Positions 40,249-52,348 of a DNA stretch of 64,000 nucleotides are shown here, piece by piece. Both the position numbers and the translations under genes were made by a program. Positions within the stretch are counted from its first letter, which is position 1. Each line of letters begins with the position of its first letter. The stretch is from Octopus sinensis. Its lineage: Eukaryota. The notes under the pieces are model-generated. The model saw only the letters and a program-made list of their open reading frames with translations, was not told where the DNA came from and did no database searches. The stretch lies in NCBI RefSeq assembly GCF_006345805.1, contig NC_043015.1, forward strand, positions 29,822,001 through 29,886,000. Direction: 5' to 3'.

Positions 40249-40387
40249 CTATTAATTATGATAGTAGTATTCCATCTACAAAATTCACCCAGAAGGCATA
40301 GGTCTATAGTAGAAGACACTTGCCCAGGACTGTATGTTTACATTATTTACATTTGACGGATATTTGTCCTCATCTTGTTTGTTGTTA

Positions 40388-40431
40388 ACACAACATTTCG
40401 GCTGATTTACCCTCCAGACTTCATCAGGTGT
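40388..40431 (-). ncRNA. Minimal type I hammerhead motif (partly decayed)
   Basis: Minus strand: acac CTGATGA a gtctg-gagggtaaat-cagcc GAAATGTT gtgt. Confidence 0.65.
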
Positions 40432-40709
40432 CTTGGGGAAATTTCGAACCTGGATTCTCATTCCTAAGGTATTTTACGATATTATTATTATTATTATTAT
40501 TCAGGTCACTGTCTGGAATCGAACTTGGAATCTTGGGGTTAGTAGCCCACGCTCTTAACCACTACAACATATGCCCGAGGGCATATGGCATAGTGGTTAA
40601 TGGCTCTGATAGCTGTGGGGAGAGTGCTTTAGGATTGAAAAGAGGGTGGACAGACTGCTATTTTTAACATACCTCAGGAATAAGAACTCGGGTTCAAAAT
40701 TTCCCCAAG

Positions 40710-40753
40710 ACACCTGATGAAGGTTGGAGGGTATATTAGCTGAAATGTTGTGT
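40710..40753 (+). ncRNA. Minimal type I hammerhead motif (partly decayed)
   Basis: acac CTGATGA a ggttg-gagggtatat-tagct GAAATGTT gtgt; stem I acac/gtgt. Confidence 0.65.
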
Positions 40754-40995
40754 TAAGGGAGTTAAGTTGTAGGGTGTTGTGGTTAGTTAAACCATTCTCT
40801 CACCATTGGGTGAATAATCTTGTTTGGAATTATCTGCATTTATTAGACTTACAATTAGCCCTGTTTAAGTCTCTTTTTCAACCAAGATACAATGATTTAG
40901 TGAATGACCTACCTTTATAGCATTGTTTCTGAAGCAGTCATTGGACCAATAGATCTGGGTCTAAACAACTTGTTGAATGTATTGGCCTAATTTAA

Positions 40996-41216
40996 CCCTT
41001 TCGTTACCAACCCAGCCAAAACCGGTTCTGACTCTGTTGTACAAATGTCTTGTTTTCATAAGTTTTGCATTAAAATCTTCCACCAAACCTTAGTCGCAAT
41101 TTGTATACCTAACACTAGCTGAATGATAACTAAGTTATTTTATTAAATTCTTTGTTATATTTAAAATAATTGGAAGAAACACAGAGCATCTCAAAATAAA
41201 TACAGTAACGAAAGGG
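40996..41216. mobile_element. piggyBac-type MITE (family 1), opposite orientation
   Basis: TTAA|CCCTTTCGTTAC...GTAACGAAAGGG|TTAA with a perfect 12-bp TIR. Confidence 0.88.
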
Positions 41217-41937
41217 TTAAAAGAAATTCCCTATCATCTTTATGGTGGGGGTCAGTGTCTTTCAAATCCTAAATCTTATGGACAAAATGCTCTGTTATAA
41301 AGACAGAATGTCTACGGCTACAGATATCTACAGAATCCTTTGTTTGATTGGTCAATCTTAGTGCAGAGTTGAGCAGACCTAACCAACACCACTCTCTTGT
41401 TTATAAAGACATTTAAATCAAAGATAAAACAGGATTAAAGTATTTCTGGAACTGTTTGAATTAAATTGGATTTCTGTCTTGTAAAGCTTGGCAGTTGGTT
41501 GGAAAATTAGAATTTCTTCTGTTGATATGTTTTAGAAATCTCTTAATACATACTTTTCTTTAAGCCAATTACTAGTGTTAAAGACTCTTCAAGTCGGTTA
41601 CTAATGTTAATTTACCTTACTAACTCTACTTTGCTTCAAACTATGTTACTGGTATTGACACAACTTTCCTTCATACCAGTTACTAGTGTTTTTTTTTTTT
41701 TTATCACAGACTTTTATTCCAGCCGGTAGCAAATGTTCATGTATATTCTTCAATTTAACTCCTGTTAACATAGACTTCAAATCAGAGTCATTGAGTTTTT
41801 TTTTTTATTTTTTTTTTTATTTTATTGTTACCTCTCTTGCTAATTAATTATTAAGCTCATTTTCTCAGCCTGTAAACACCTCTGCTTCAAATTAAGCCAG
41901 GAAATTAAATGTACCAGATCATTAACACTGGCTATTG

Positions 41938-41976
<39 letters not shown>

Positions 41977-42213
41977 ATGTAGTACGTGTGTGTGTGCATT
42001 CCTTGTATTTCCAATTAGAGTATGAATCAAAAGAAAATCTTTGTAGAGTTGAGTGAGTAACCAGTTGCTATTGAAGAATTAGTTGAAACGTGTGTGGCTG
42101 CCTATCTATCCATGTTTAAACTAATTTGCTGACTGTAATGATGGCCTACTTTTTGTTTCAGGTTCTTTTTATAAAGATTCTATTTAGATTAAAATAAAAA
42201 GCCATTTCTTTAA

Positions 42214-42436
42214 CCCTTTAAGCATTCAGATTACTCTGTCAAATGTAAAGCCTGTTTAATCACATTGTTTTAACTTAATTGTACAGCATCTTGTAACTCT
42301 GAGATTTTGATGACGTCCCTGTTTAATTTTTAGAATGACTTTGTAGGGTAGGTGTGAGAGGTCAGAGCTGGCTGGTTTGAGCATATAACAGGAAGACAAT
42401 TTTGGCCTGGTATGGCCCGGTTTAAACACTAAAGGG
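42214..42436. mobile_element. piggyBac-type MITE (family 2)
   Basis: TTAA|CCCTTTA...TAAAGGG|TTAA. Partial copies lie at about 22548-22594, 23368-23414, 46905-47752 (split) and 57905-58049. Confidence 0.78.
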
Positions 42437-43246
42437 TTAAACTAACTGCCATCCTCAAACCAAGACAAGTTGTCCTATTGCGGTTGACAATGTCATGATC
42501 ATCTCTTTCCTAATCATCATCGTTTTTGTCGTCTGTTTTCATTCCGTTATTTATCATCATCATGCCCCCACCCCCCATCTTTTTGTTTCAACAATCCGTT
42601 TGTCTATATTGACAGTAAATTTGAGTAAATGTAATGTATGACTAACTTTCTTTTATTGTTTTTAACCATTGCAATGTGGCCATGCTGGAGTGAATTACTA
42701 AGTTTAATTTCTAGTGTAAAGGGATGTAACTTCAATTCCTAATAACCACAAGATATATTTTTGTTCAGTTTTACACTGACACACACACATACGTGATGAT
42801 CTTCCACACAGTTCCTGTCTATGCCTTCAAAATTTCACACAAGGCATTGGCTAACTCAAGACAATGATAGAAGACACTTGGCGGAAGTTTTGTACAGCGA
42901 AACTGAACCCAAAACCATGAAGTTATGAAACAACTTCTTAGCCACACTGCCACGTAAACATTTAAAATGCAGATCCAATGTTCCTTTTACATCTATATGA
43001 CCTTTCTCCCCTTTACTTTAACTGTACATCTGTACATGAATATGTGTGTGACCTCCCCCTTACAGAAACTGGACATCTATGTGACACTCCCCTTTACCCT
43101 AACTGTACATCTGTATGACCTCACTTCTGTTACAGTAACTGTATATCTGTGCGATCCCTCCCTTTATTCTAACTGAACATCTGCGAGGCCTCCCTCTTTA
43201 TTTTGAAATTCTTACTACATGGATATATTGGTTATATATATATATA

Positions 43247-43598
43247 TCGCCTTACTGGCACTTATGCCCCATGCTAGTAGGGTGCTAAGAGCACCATCCG
43301 AGCGTGATCGTTGCCAGAGTGGCTAACTGGCTTCCATACCAGTGGCATGCCGTTGGCATGTGTAAAAAGATTCGAGCGAGGTTGTTGCCAGTACCGCCTG
43401 ACTGGCCCCCATGCCGGTGGCACGTAAAAGCACCCACTTCACTCTCGGAGTGGTTGGCGTTAGGAAGGGCATCCAGCTGTAGAAACTCTGCCAGATCAAG
43501 ATTGGAGCCTGGTGCAGCCATCTGGTTCGCCAGCCCTCAGTCAAACCGTCCAACCCATGCTAGCATGGAAAGCGGACATTAAACGATGATGATGATGA
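43247..43598 (+). mobile_element. Family C element
   Basis: Near-identical to 640-957. Further copies lie at about 2710-3140(-), 3455-3725(-), 7970-8125(-), 27920-28215(-), 36270-36562(+), 36890-37090(+), 50095-50222(-), 56075-56332(+), 62760-63081(+) and 63890-64000(-). Confidence 0.85.
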
Positions 43599-44340
43599 TA
43601 TATATATATATATATTCCACCACAACTTCACATCCTACTCTAACTAATATCTGTTTCAACCTCATTTCCAGCAAGTTAGTTGATTGTGGCCATGCAGTGT
43701 CATTATGTACAGAATCATTAATTCACTGACAGAAAGGCTTCTTGTGGTCATAAAAGACATTAGTGTTACATTGTTAAAACTCAATAGTTTATAGGTTTAG
43801 TTAATAGTAATGCAACTGGTCTACTGAGTTATAGTCATGTGTCTAGTAAACATTGTTTAGTTTCACTGTAAAAATAAAGCCCTGTAGTTAATTAAACCAG
43901 CGGGCTGTAGTTTTCACAATGAAGCTAAATGTATGTTAATTAAACATATGGAATATAATTTTTTATATTCATTCAAAACCATGGCACTCTAGTCATTACT
44001 GCTCACTTGGTTTATTTAGCTTAACGACAAATTCTGTGAACCATTTCTCAGTTTTCAATCTAGATGAAAAGTTGAGATGGTCATGAGTGAGATGTCTTTT
44101 GGCACAGGTTTGGGAGGGGTTTCTTTCAACTAATGATACTGGTAGATCATTGGGTGTGTGTGTGTCTGTCTGTAAGGAATTCCTAAGAAGTCTGGAACCA
44201 GTAGATGTAGAATATTAGCTGGCTTTCTGTTCCCAATAATATTGTATCTAATCATAAGCCTATTTTAAAAGTTGGTATCATATGTATGTATGTATGTATG
44301 TTTGTGTGTGTGTGTGTGTATATATATATATACATACATA

Positions 44341-44528
44341 TAGGGAGAGTTTACGAAAAAAACAAAAGACGAAGACGGGTGGTGTACAAAACAAACAGAT
44401 GTATTAGTATAACACTCAGGAATAGAAAAAGTCTTTTACAATTTGAGCCTACGCTCTTCTACAGAAAGGGACACAGAAAAACAAGGAGAGAAAAAAATGT
44501 GTATAGTGGCTAACGATCAATCATGGCG
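44341..44528 (-). mobile_element. PLE-type short element with degenerate hammerhead (44433-44468)
   Basis: Minus strand: cttt CTGTAGA a gagc-gtag-gctc AAATTGTA aaag. Stems I and II are preserved, the core is mutated. A related fragment lies at about 26200-26262. Confidence 0.55.
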
Positions 44529-44817
44529 ACTATATACATACACACACATATACACACCCATTCATTTTACATCTGTTTTTTCATATGAGCATGGGTTTGA
44601 TGAATACATATTATTGAAGCATTGTTTTACAGCTGATAACAAAATACCTGTTTTTCAAGTAAAAGAGGTTTTCATTCAACTTGTCTTTGAAAGCGTAGAG
44701 CTCCTGGACAATTATTTGACTGGAGGATATTAAACATCATTGTCCGCAGTTCAGCTCAGAATATAAACATTAACACAGATGCATGCAGGTGACTACATGA
44801 CAGGCAGGCTCTGTATT

Positions 44818-45047
44818 GGCGAGCTGGCAGAAACGTTAGCACGCTGGGCGAAATGCTTGGCAGTATTTCATCTGCCGCTACGTTCTGAGTTCAAATTACG
44901 CCGTGGTCAACTTTGCCTTTCATCCTTTCGGGGTCGATAAATTAAGTACCAGTTACGCACTGGGGGTTGATGTAATCGACTTAATCCCTTTGTCTGTCCT
45001 TGTTTGTCCCCTCTATGTTTAGCCCCTTGTGGGCAATAAAGAAATAA
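44818..45047 (+). mobile_element. Family A SINE
   Basis: Full-length copy flanked by an aggctctgtat direct repeat. Confidence 0.88.
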
Positions 45048-47049
45048 GGCTCTGTATATTTTCCTATTTATGAAATTCACTCACAAGGCACTTGTCATCC
45101 CGGGGCTACAGTAGCTGACAGTGGCCATGGCCCAAGAGGTCATGTCATGGGACTGAACCTGAGACCATGTGGTTGTGAAGCAAACTTCTTAGTCACACAT
45201 ACTCTCTCTTCATCTCACTTTCCCCTCCATTCCTCTCTCTTCCCCTTTCCCTCTCTTCCTTTCCCCCTCCTTCCTACCTCCCTCTCATACAACCCCCCCC
45301 CACGCACACATACACCTGATGAGCTTTATTTTATTGAGAATGGCATACAAGCATCTAATTTTCAGAATGCAGCACTCATTGGATTAGCGTGTGTATTTCG
45401 TAGAAGTGGCTGAGTATTCCTGACACGTGCTCCCCTTATGTGATTCTGAAATAGAATTACCATTACATGGCATCATGAAGCTGGACCATTAAATTTCAGG
45501 ATCCCTCTGCAAGGCTGCTACTCAGTTGATATCTCCTTAATTACACTGACAGGGTTTGGATTAATCTGATGCTACAGCAGTAAGACATTCCATCCACCCC
45601 AATAACATCTTTTATCTGAGTGGGTTGGAATTCAGGATCTCATGTCTGTGAACTAAACTTCTTTACCATTGTGCATGCCTGAGAGAGGGAGAGGGCAAAG
45701 GTGAGAGAAAAACTTACTGCTCGTACCATTCTACCTTATTGATGAAAATGTTTCACAATGTGTGGCCATAGGAATGATATAAAATATACATACATACGAC
45801 TTCTTTCAATTTCCATCAACCAAATACACTCACAAGGCTTTGGTTGGCCTAGGGCTATAATAGAAGATACTTGCCCAAGGTACTGTGCAGTGGGACTGAA
45901 CTTTAGACCCACATGGTCAGGAAGCAAGCTACTTAACCACACAGTCATACCTGTGTCCATTTGCAATTCTTTTTTTTAAAAATCTCTTTGTTTCTATAAA
46001 AAAAAAATTATGGAAAAGCAAAATACAAAAATTTAATTAAAATATAAAAGCCAAAATAGAAAAATTTAAGAATCTCTCTAAGAATTTTTCTATAAAAAGT
46101 CTCAGTTAGTCAGTGTGCTTTAAATAACTTTGGTATGGATGTGGTGCCATTATCTAATCTTCGTCCCTTTTTTGGTGTGTGCTTTATCGTGGCTTCTGTC
46201 TTCTTCACGATCAAATCTCCTATTGTTATCTGTCTCAGCACACGCTCATACTTGTATACATTATTTATTAATAAATCACTAAATTCTTAGGATGGTGCTC
46301 TAGCATGGCCACGACTTAATGGCTGAAACTAGTTAGAAAGAGAGAGAGAAAAAAAAAGAACAAAGTCCTATTCTTTTCAGCTTTCAGAATTTGTAATAAA
46401 AATAATTTTTTAGTTTAGGCACAAAGCCTACAGTTTTGAGGGGAGGGGCAACTCAGTATCATTAACCTCAGTACTTGATTGGTACTTTATTTTATTGACC
46501 CTGCAAAGATGAAAGACCTTGTCGATCAGTTCTGTATCTCCCTGTATAGGAACTGTTGTTAGTTGAGGCTCCAGGTCAGCTCTGACTGAGCAGAACAATG
46601 ACCAAAGGTGTTCCAACCATGACTATTCTGCCTTTCTCTATTGTACAGTGTATCTTTTGGTACTTATTGAGGCCATCATTTAGCACAATTGCTCTCAACC
46701 AGGGTCCATATAAGATTTTTGGAGGTTCATGGAAGCAAAATAGTAAAAATAAGTACCCACTGTAGTATTTTAAGGGTTCGTGAAAATATTTCCTTTTAGA
46801 TGTATTTATTGCAAGAAACGGTAAGATTTCTATCTCTAATGTTTTACATAGTTCAACCTTCATAAGTTGATGTGTGAACAGCAAAATAGGGAGCTAATTT
46901 CTAACCCTTTTATTTATTCACACTGATTTCAATTAATCTTGCATTATTTTGTAGCTTTGATATTTCAATGATGTGATTGTTTAAATTTTACAATGGCATT
47001 GTAGGGTAGCTGTGACAAGCTGGACATGGCCAGTTTAAACATAAAATAA

Positions 47050-47708
47050 GGTGGCGAGCTGGCAGAAACGTTAGCACACCAGGCGAAATGCATAGCCATA
47101 TTTCATCTGCCATTACGTTCTGAGTTCAAATTCCGCTGAGATCCACTTTGCCTTTCATCCTTTCGGGGTCTATAAATTAAGTACCAGTTACTCACTGGGG
47201 TTGATGTAATCGACTTAATCCTTTTGTCTGTCCTTGTTTGTTCCTTCTATGTTTAGCCCCTTGTGGGTAGTAAAGAAAGGAGAAATGTTAGCATGCCGGG
47301 CAAAATGCTTAGTGGTATTTCGTCTGTCGCTACATTCTGAGTCCAAATTCCGCTGAGGTCAACTTTGCCTTTCATTTTTTTTGGGTCAATTAAATAAGTA
47401 CTAGTTAAGCACTGGGGTCGATATAATTGACTTAATCCGTTTGTCTGTCCTTGTTTGTCCTCTCTGTGTTTAGCCCCTTGTAGGCAGTAAAGAAATAGGT
47501 ATTTCATCTGTCTTCACATTCTGAGTTCAGATTCCACCGAAGTCGACTTTGCTTTTCATCCTTCCGGGGTCTATGAAATAAGTACCAGTTACGCACTGGG
47601 GTCGATATAATCGACTTAATCCATTTGTTTGTCCTCTCTGTGTTTAACCCCGTGTGGGTAGTAAAGAAATAGGTATTTCGTCTGTCTTCACATTCTGAGT
47701 TCAGATTC
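47050..47708 (+). mobile_element. Family A SINE tandem array (three units plus a partial one)
   Basis: Repeated units ending gtaaagaaa; later units restart at ggtatttc. Confidence 0.85.
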
Positions 47709-48265
47709 TGATTATTGGGGGTGGATGTGGCCAGTTTAAATACTAAAAGGTTACCCATCGAACAGCTATGAAGGTCCATCAGAATGAAATAGTAATCAAA
47801 GGGTCCATAGGCAGAAAATGGTTGAGACCAACTGATTTAGCAGGTGCATGACCAAAGATCTAAACATCTAAGCTGTGGCCGTCCTGTCTTTAATTTTATG
47901 TTTCAGGTGTAAGTGTACCTTGGGCTACATTATTTAATTGGTCCATTTATTGGAACGTGGTTGATGATGATTTTGTTATTCCTTCTAAATTTGAATGTGA
48001 TCTTCTCTAAACAAAGGCAATTGTAATGCTTTTATGGAATCAATCTTTGAAAGGTAAGGTTGGGGAGGATGGGGTAGTAGTGAAGATGATGCCAGTGGTT
48101 ATGTGATGGTGGTGGGGAATAATGATAGCGGGGGTGGTGGTTAAGATGACATTGGTTAGGTGGTGGTGGTGGAGGTGGTGCTGGTGGCATCAAAGAAGAC
48201 TAGGATAGCAGCAGCAGTGATATTCAATGAGGAGTTTATTGACGATAGTAACAATAAAGAGGAAG

Positions 48266-48329
<64 letters not shown>

Positions 48330-48331
<2 letters not shown>

Positions 48332-48563
48332 GGAGTAAACACATAAATGTGAAACAAGGTGGAAAAAGAGTACTCAAATACCAGGGGTAGAGTAATATGC
48401 TTTATATAAAAGCAGCAGAAAATTCAACAAAACCCGTTACTCTGAGTTTCACGTTCCCGTTCGTTGGACAGTTTTTGCTAGAAAAAACTGTCCGACGAAC
48501 AGGAACGTGAAACTCGGAGTAACAGGTTTTGTTGAATTTTCTGCTGCTTTTAAATAAAGCATA
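48330..48563 (-). mobile_element. Long-hairpin hammerhead element, same family, opposite orientation
   Basis: Inverted repeat about 48396-48564. Plus-arm motif 48488-48525 reads ctgt CCGACGA acaggaacgt GAAACTCGGAGTA acag; the mirror motif is at 48434-48471. Confidence 0.78.
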
Positions 48564-49372
48564 TATATATATGTTAGCAGAGGTGGTTGTTGCTATTGTT
48601 TAACCCCGGGTCAGCTCTGATTGAGCTGACCCTCATTGATCAAAAGGCCTTCCAGCCATGAACATCATCATAATCATCATTTAATGTTCACCTTCTTTGC
48701 TTGGAAGAGTTGGACCGTTTGACAGGATCCAACAAGTTGGGAGGACTGCATCAAGCCCCAGTTACCGTTTTGGCATGGTTTCTACAGCTGGATGCTCTGG
48801 AGCTCTGGCTGCTATTTCTAGCAGGATGAATGACCATGTAGCGGATTCTTTGTTGGTACATATGGAAATGATGTTATTGGTGGCAGTAATGGATAATTTT
48901 TTTTCATTTTAACCTTTCGGTTTTTTTTTCCTCATTTCAGTATTTTTTAATTTTTATTTTACTAATTTTTTTTTTTATTTGATGTTTATTTTATTCTTCA
49001 CACGTAACAACCATATATATACGTTGGGGGTTGAGTGGTGGGTGGTGTGTACCATCATCTCAGTTGTCAGCCAGATCAGATGGCAGGTGGGGGTTTCTCC
49101 TCTGCCCCCTCAAGTCTATTTCCTCTTGGTTGTGTTTCCATCCTGGTGATACTCAGCAGATTTAATTTTGGTGGCTTCTTTCTTCTTGTTCATCACTTGT
49201 AGCAGCTCCGGCTTTCTGCTTTTATCTCCCGTATTGATTAGTCATTTGATAATAATTTGATATGTAATGTTTGGTGGTGGTGGTGGTGGTGGCCGCCATG
49301 TAGTGGTAGTGTTGGCAGTGCTATCGGTAGCAGTGGTACTGGAAGAGAAATTGGAAATGTCAGAGAATGATT

Positions 49373-49410
<38 letters not shown>

Positions 49411-49678
49411 TGAAGAGAGAGCATGTGTGAGTGGATGGGGGAGAGAAATAGTGAGTGATAGAAAGAGAAGAAAATTAGAGATTGTGATGCTGATGATAAA
49501 CGGGGAGGAAAAGTGGTTGGAGAAGAGAAGCGAAGAATAAAGATAAAAGAAATGGACAACATTAAAACATAATGAGAAAATGAAGGACAAACTAGAAATA
49601 TAGCATTTGAAGATTATATCAGAGACCCTGTTTACTTGAAAAAGGAAATATATGTGTCAATAGAGAGAAGCATGATTC

Positions 49679-49905
49679 TATGTTGACTGTCCTACAACAT
49701 TGTATAGGTCAGTATGTTGACTGTCCTGTAACATTGTATTGGTCAGTATGTTGACTGTCCTGTAACATTGTATTGGTCAGTATGTTGACTGTCCTGTAAC
49801 ATTGTATTGGTCAGTATGTTGACTGTCCTGTAACCTCACACAGGTCAGTATGTTGACTGTCCTGTAACCTCACACAGGTCAGTATGTTGACTGTCCTGTA
49901 ACATT
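49679..49905. repeat. 34-bp minisatellite, about 6.7 copies
   Basis: Unit tatgttgactgtcctgtaacattgtattggtcag; two adjacent units carry the variant ctcacaca. Confidence 0.92.
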
Positions 49906-51532
49906 ACATGCCATGTTTTATATCTTCAAAACTTCAATATCTCTTTTTGTTGCTTCTCCAGGTCGAATGGACGTCCAAGTGTCTCTTGTATTACCCCAGT
50001 ATGTCTTTTGTCGCTACTACAAAGAACCCCTTGCACAATATGTATAATAAACATTTTGTATTTTGAGCTATTTCATCAGTTTTCATCATTATCATCATCA
50101 TCATCCTCATCGTTTAACGTCCGTTTTCCATGCTAGCATGGGTTGGACGATTTTGACTGAGGGCTGGCGAACCAGATGGCTGCACCAGGCTCCAATCTTG
50201 ATTTGGCAGAGTTTCTACAGCTTTCAATTGTTGGATTGTGGTCATGTTGGAACACTGCCTTGAAGGGTTTAGTCAAACAAACCAACACACAACCCTTGGT
50301 CACTTTTGCTGAAGTGCTAAGTTACAGGGATAAAACAAACCAACTTAGTTCATCAAACAGTAGAGGGGGACAAAAACACATACACACAGGGGCAAAATGT
50401 TTACTCCTTGTTTTTGTTCTTTTGTGGCCTGAACTGATGGGGTTGCCTTCACCCTTCCACCTCGGCATCCTCCACTTGAATTACCATCAGTCTATCAGTC
50501 TATCCACACTTTGGGTATTAGTTTTTTTTTGTTTTTATTTTACTTGTTTCAGTCATTTGACTGCAGCCATGCTGGAGCACCACCTTAAAGGGTTTTAATC
50601 GAAGAAATCAACCCCAGGACTTATCCTTTGTAAGCCTAGTACTTATTTTATCAGTCTCTTTTGCTGAACCGCTAAGTTACGGGGACATAAACACACCAGC
50701 ATCGATTGTCAGGCGATGGCAGGGAGAAACACACACACAACAGGTTTCTTTCAGTTTCCATCTACCAAATCCACTCACAAGACTTTGGTTGGCCCAAGGC
50801 TATAGTAGGGACTGAATCCAGAACCATGTTATTGGGAATCAATCTTCTTACCACACAGCCACATCTATTAATATCTATTTCTCTTTATCTGTATTAAAAA
50901 CTCGTTATCCATGACACAGGTTGTTATTCCCTACCTGTAAAAGCTATTGTAGAAGAATTTTTCCTATAACCTATGAGCCTTTTCTTTTTTTTTTTCCAAA
51001 ACTTTCAAGCCAAGTAATTGCTTCAATAAAAAAAGCTGAAGCTAAACCCCCAAACTCTGTCTGCTTCCCCCAATACCTTATGCAATTTCGGTATTCAAAA
51101 TCTTGTTTTTACTGTCAGTTCTATTCTTTTATCCTTTTTATCCTTTCATTTCTGCTCTTTCCCCTCTTTACCATTCTTTATATGTTCCTTGTCTTTCACT
51201 TGTTTCAGCCATTGGACTGTGACCATGCCAGAGTACTGCCATGACAGGCCTAATCAAACAAATCAGCCCCAGTACTTATGCTATTTTAAAGTCTAGTACT
51301 TATAACTTTCGGTTTATTTTACCAAGCCACTAAGTTACTGGGATGTAAACAAACCTACACTGGTTGTTAAGCAGTGTGGGGGTGGGGCAGACAAACGCAC
51401 ACACATGCACTTGACAGGCGTCTATACTGTTTCCATCTACACAATGTACTCGTAGGACATTGGTCAGCCAGTGGCCATAGTAGAAGACACTTGCCCAAGG
51501 TGCCATGCAGTGGGACTGAACCCAAAACCATG

Positions 51533-51563
<31 letters not shown>

Positions 51564-51926
51564 CCTCTTTCCTGTTTGTCTATATCTTTTTGTCTTTCCT
51601 ATCTCTCTCTCATTGCACTCTCTCTCTCTCTTCCTCCTCTCTGCATTCTCTCATCAAATTTCTACCCATTTCACTGTTGAAATCTTTCTTTTACTCTTCC
51701 ATTCTTCACACACACACACACACACACATACATAGACACGCACCCACTCGCACACACGTACATGCATACATCATTACACTTTAAGCCAGTCTAATCCATT
51801 GTTTAACAGTTTCCTGCAAACCTTCACAATTACTGCAAGCTAATCTCATCTGTAATGGAGCACCCAATCCAAAACCACCATACCATTCTTCATTTAATCA
51901 ATATATTGAACTTGAGTGCATGTGCT

Positions 51927-51957
<31 letters not shown>

Positions 51958-52348
51958 CCATTGCCATCATCATCATCATCATCATCATCATCACTGGCTT
52001 CTCTTGGTGTTAAGAATTTGATTCCATTGAATTTATCTCTGTATTCTATGATGATTGTATTAGCCTATTTTTAACCTAAAAGAACCCTAGCAATAAGAAC
52101 GTGCAAACTGAAGAACAGCCAAGCCGGGGGAGTCCCTTTCTGCCTATTTCCTTCCGTTATGTCTCCTTTGTTAGATGTCAGAAATCATCATTTCCAAAGT
52201 GTTGCAAGTGACAGACGGATAATAGAGTGTCAAATGAAATGCTTTGCTGTATTTGGTCTGGATTGATCTTTTTGCGTTCCAAGTTCAAATCCCATCAGGG
52301 CTAACTTTGCCTTTCATATTTTCCTAGGTCCAGAACTGCAGTTAGTAA

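Larger units (their letters stand above)
40333..40757. mobile_element. Head-to-head inverted dimer of a tRNA-headed SINE-like element ending in a hammerhead
   Basis: Minus copy: tRNA-like head (about 40501-40576, A/B boxes), (AAT)n, body, hammerhead at 40388-40431. Central palindrome catatgccc-ga-gggcatatg. Plus copy: partial head, body, hammerhead at 40710-40753. Confidence 0.75.
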
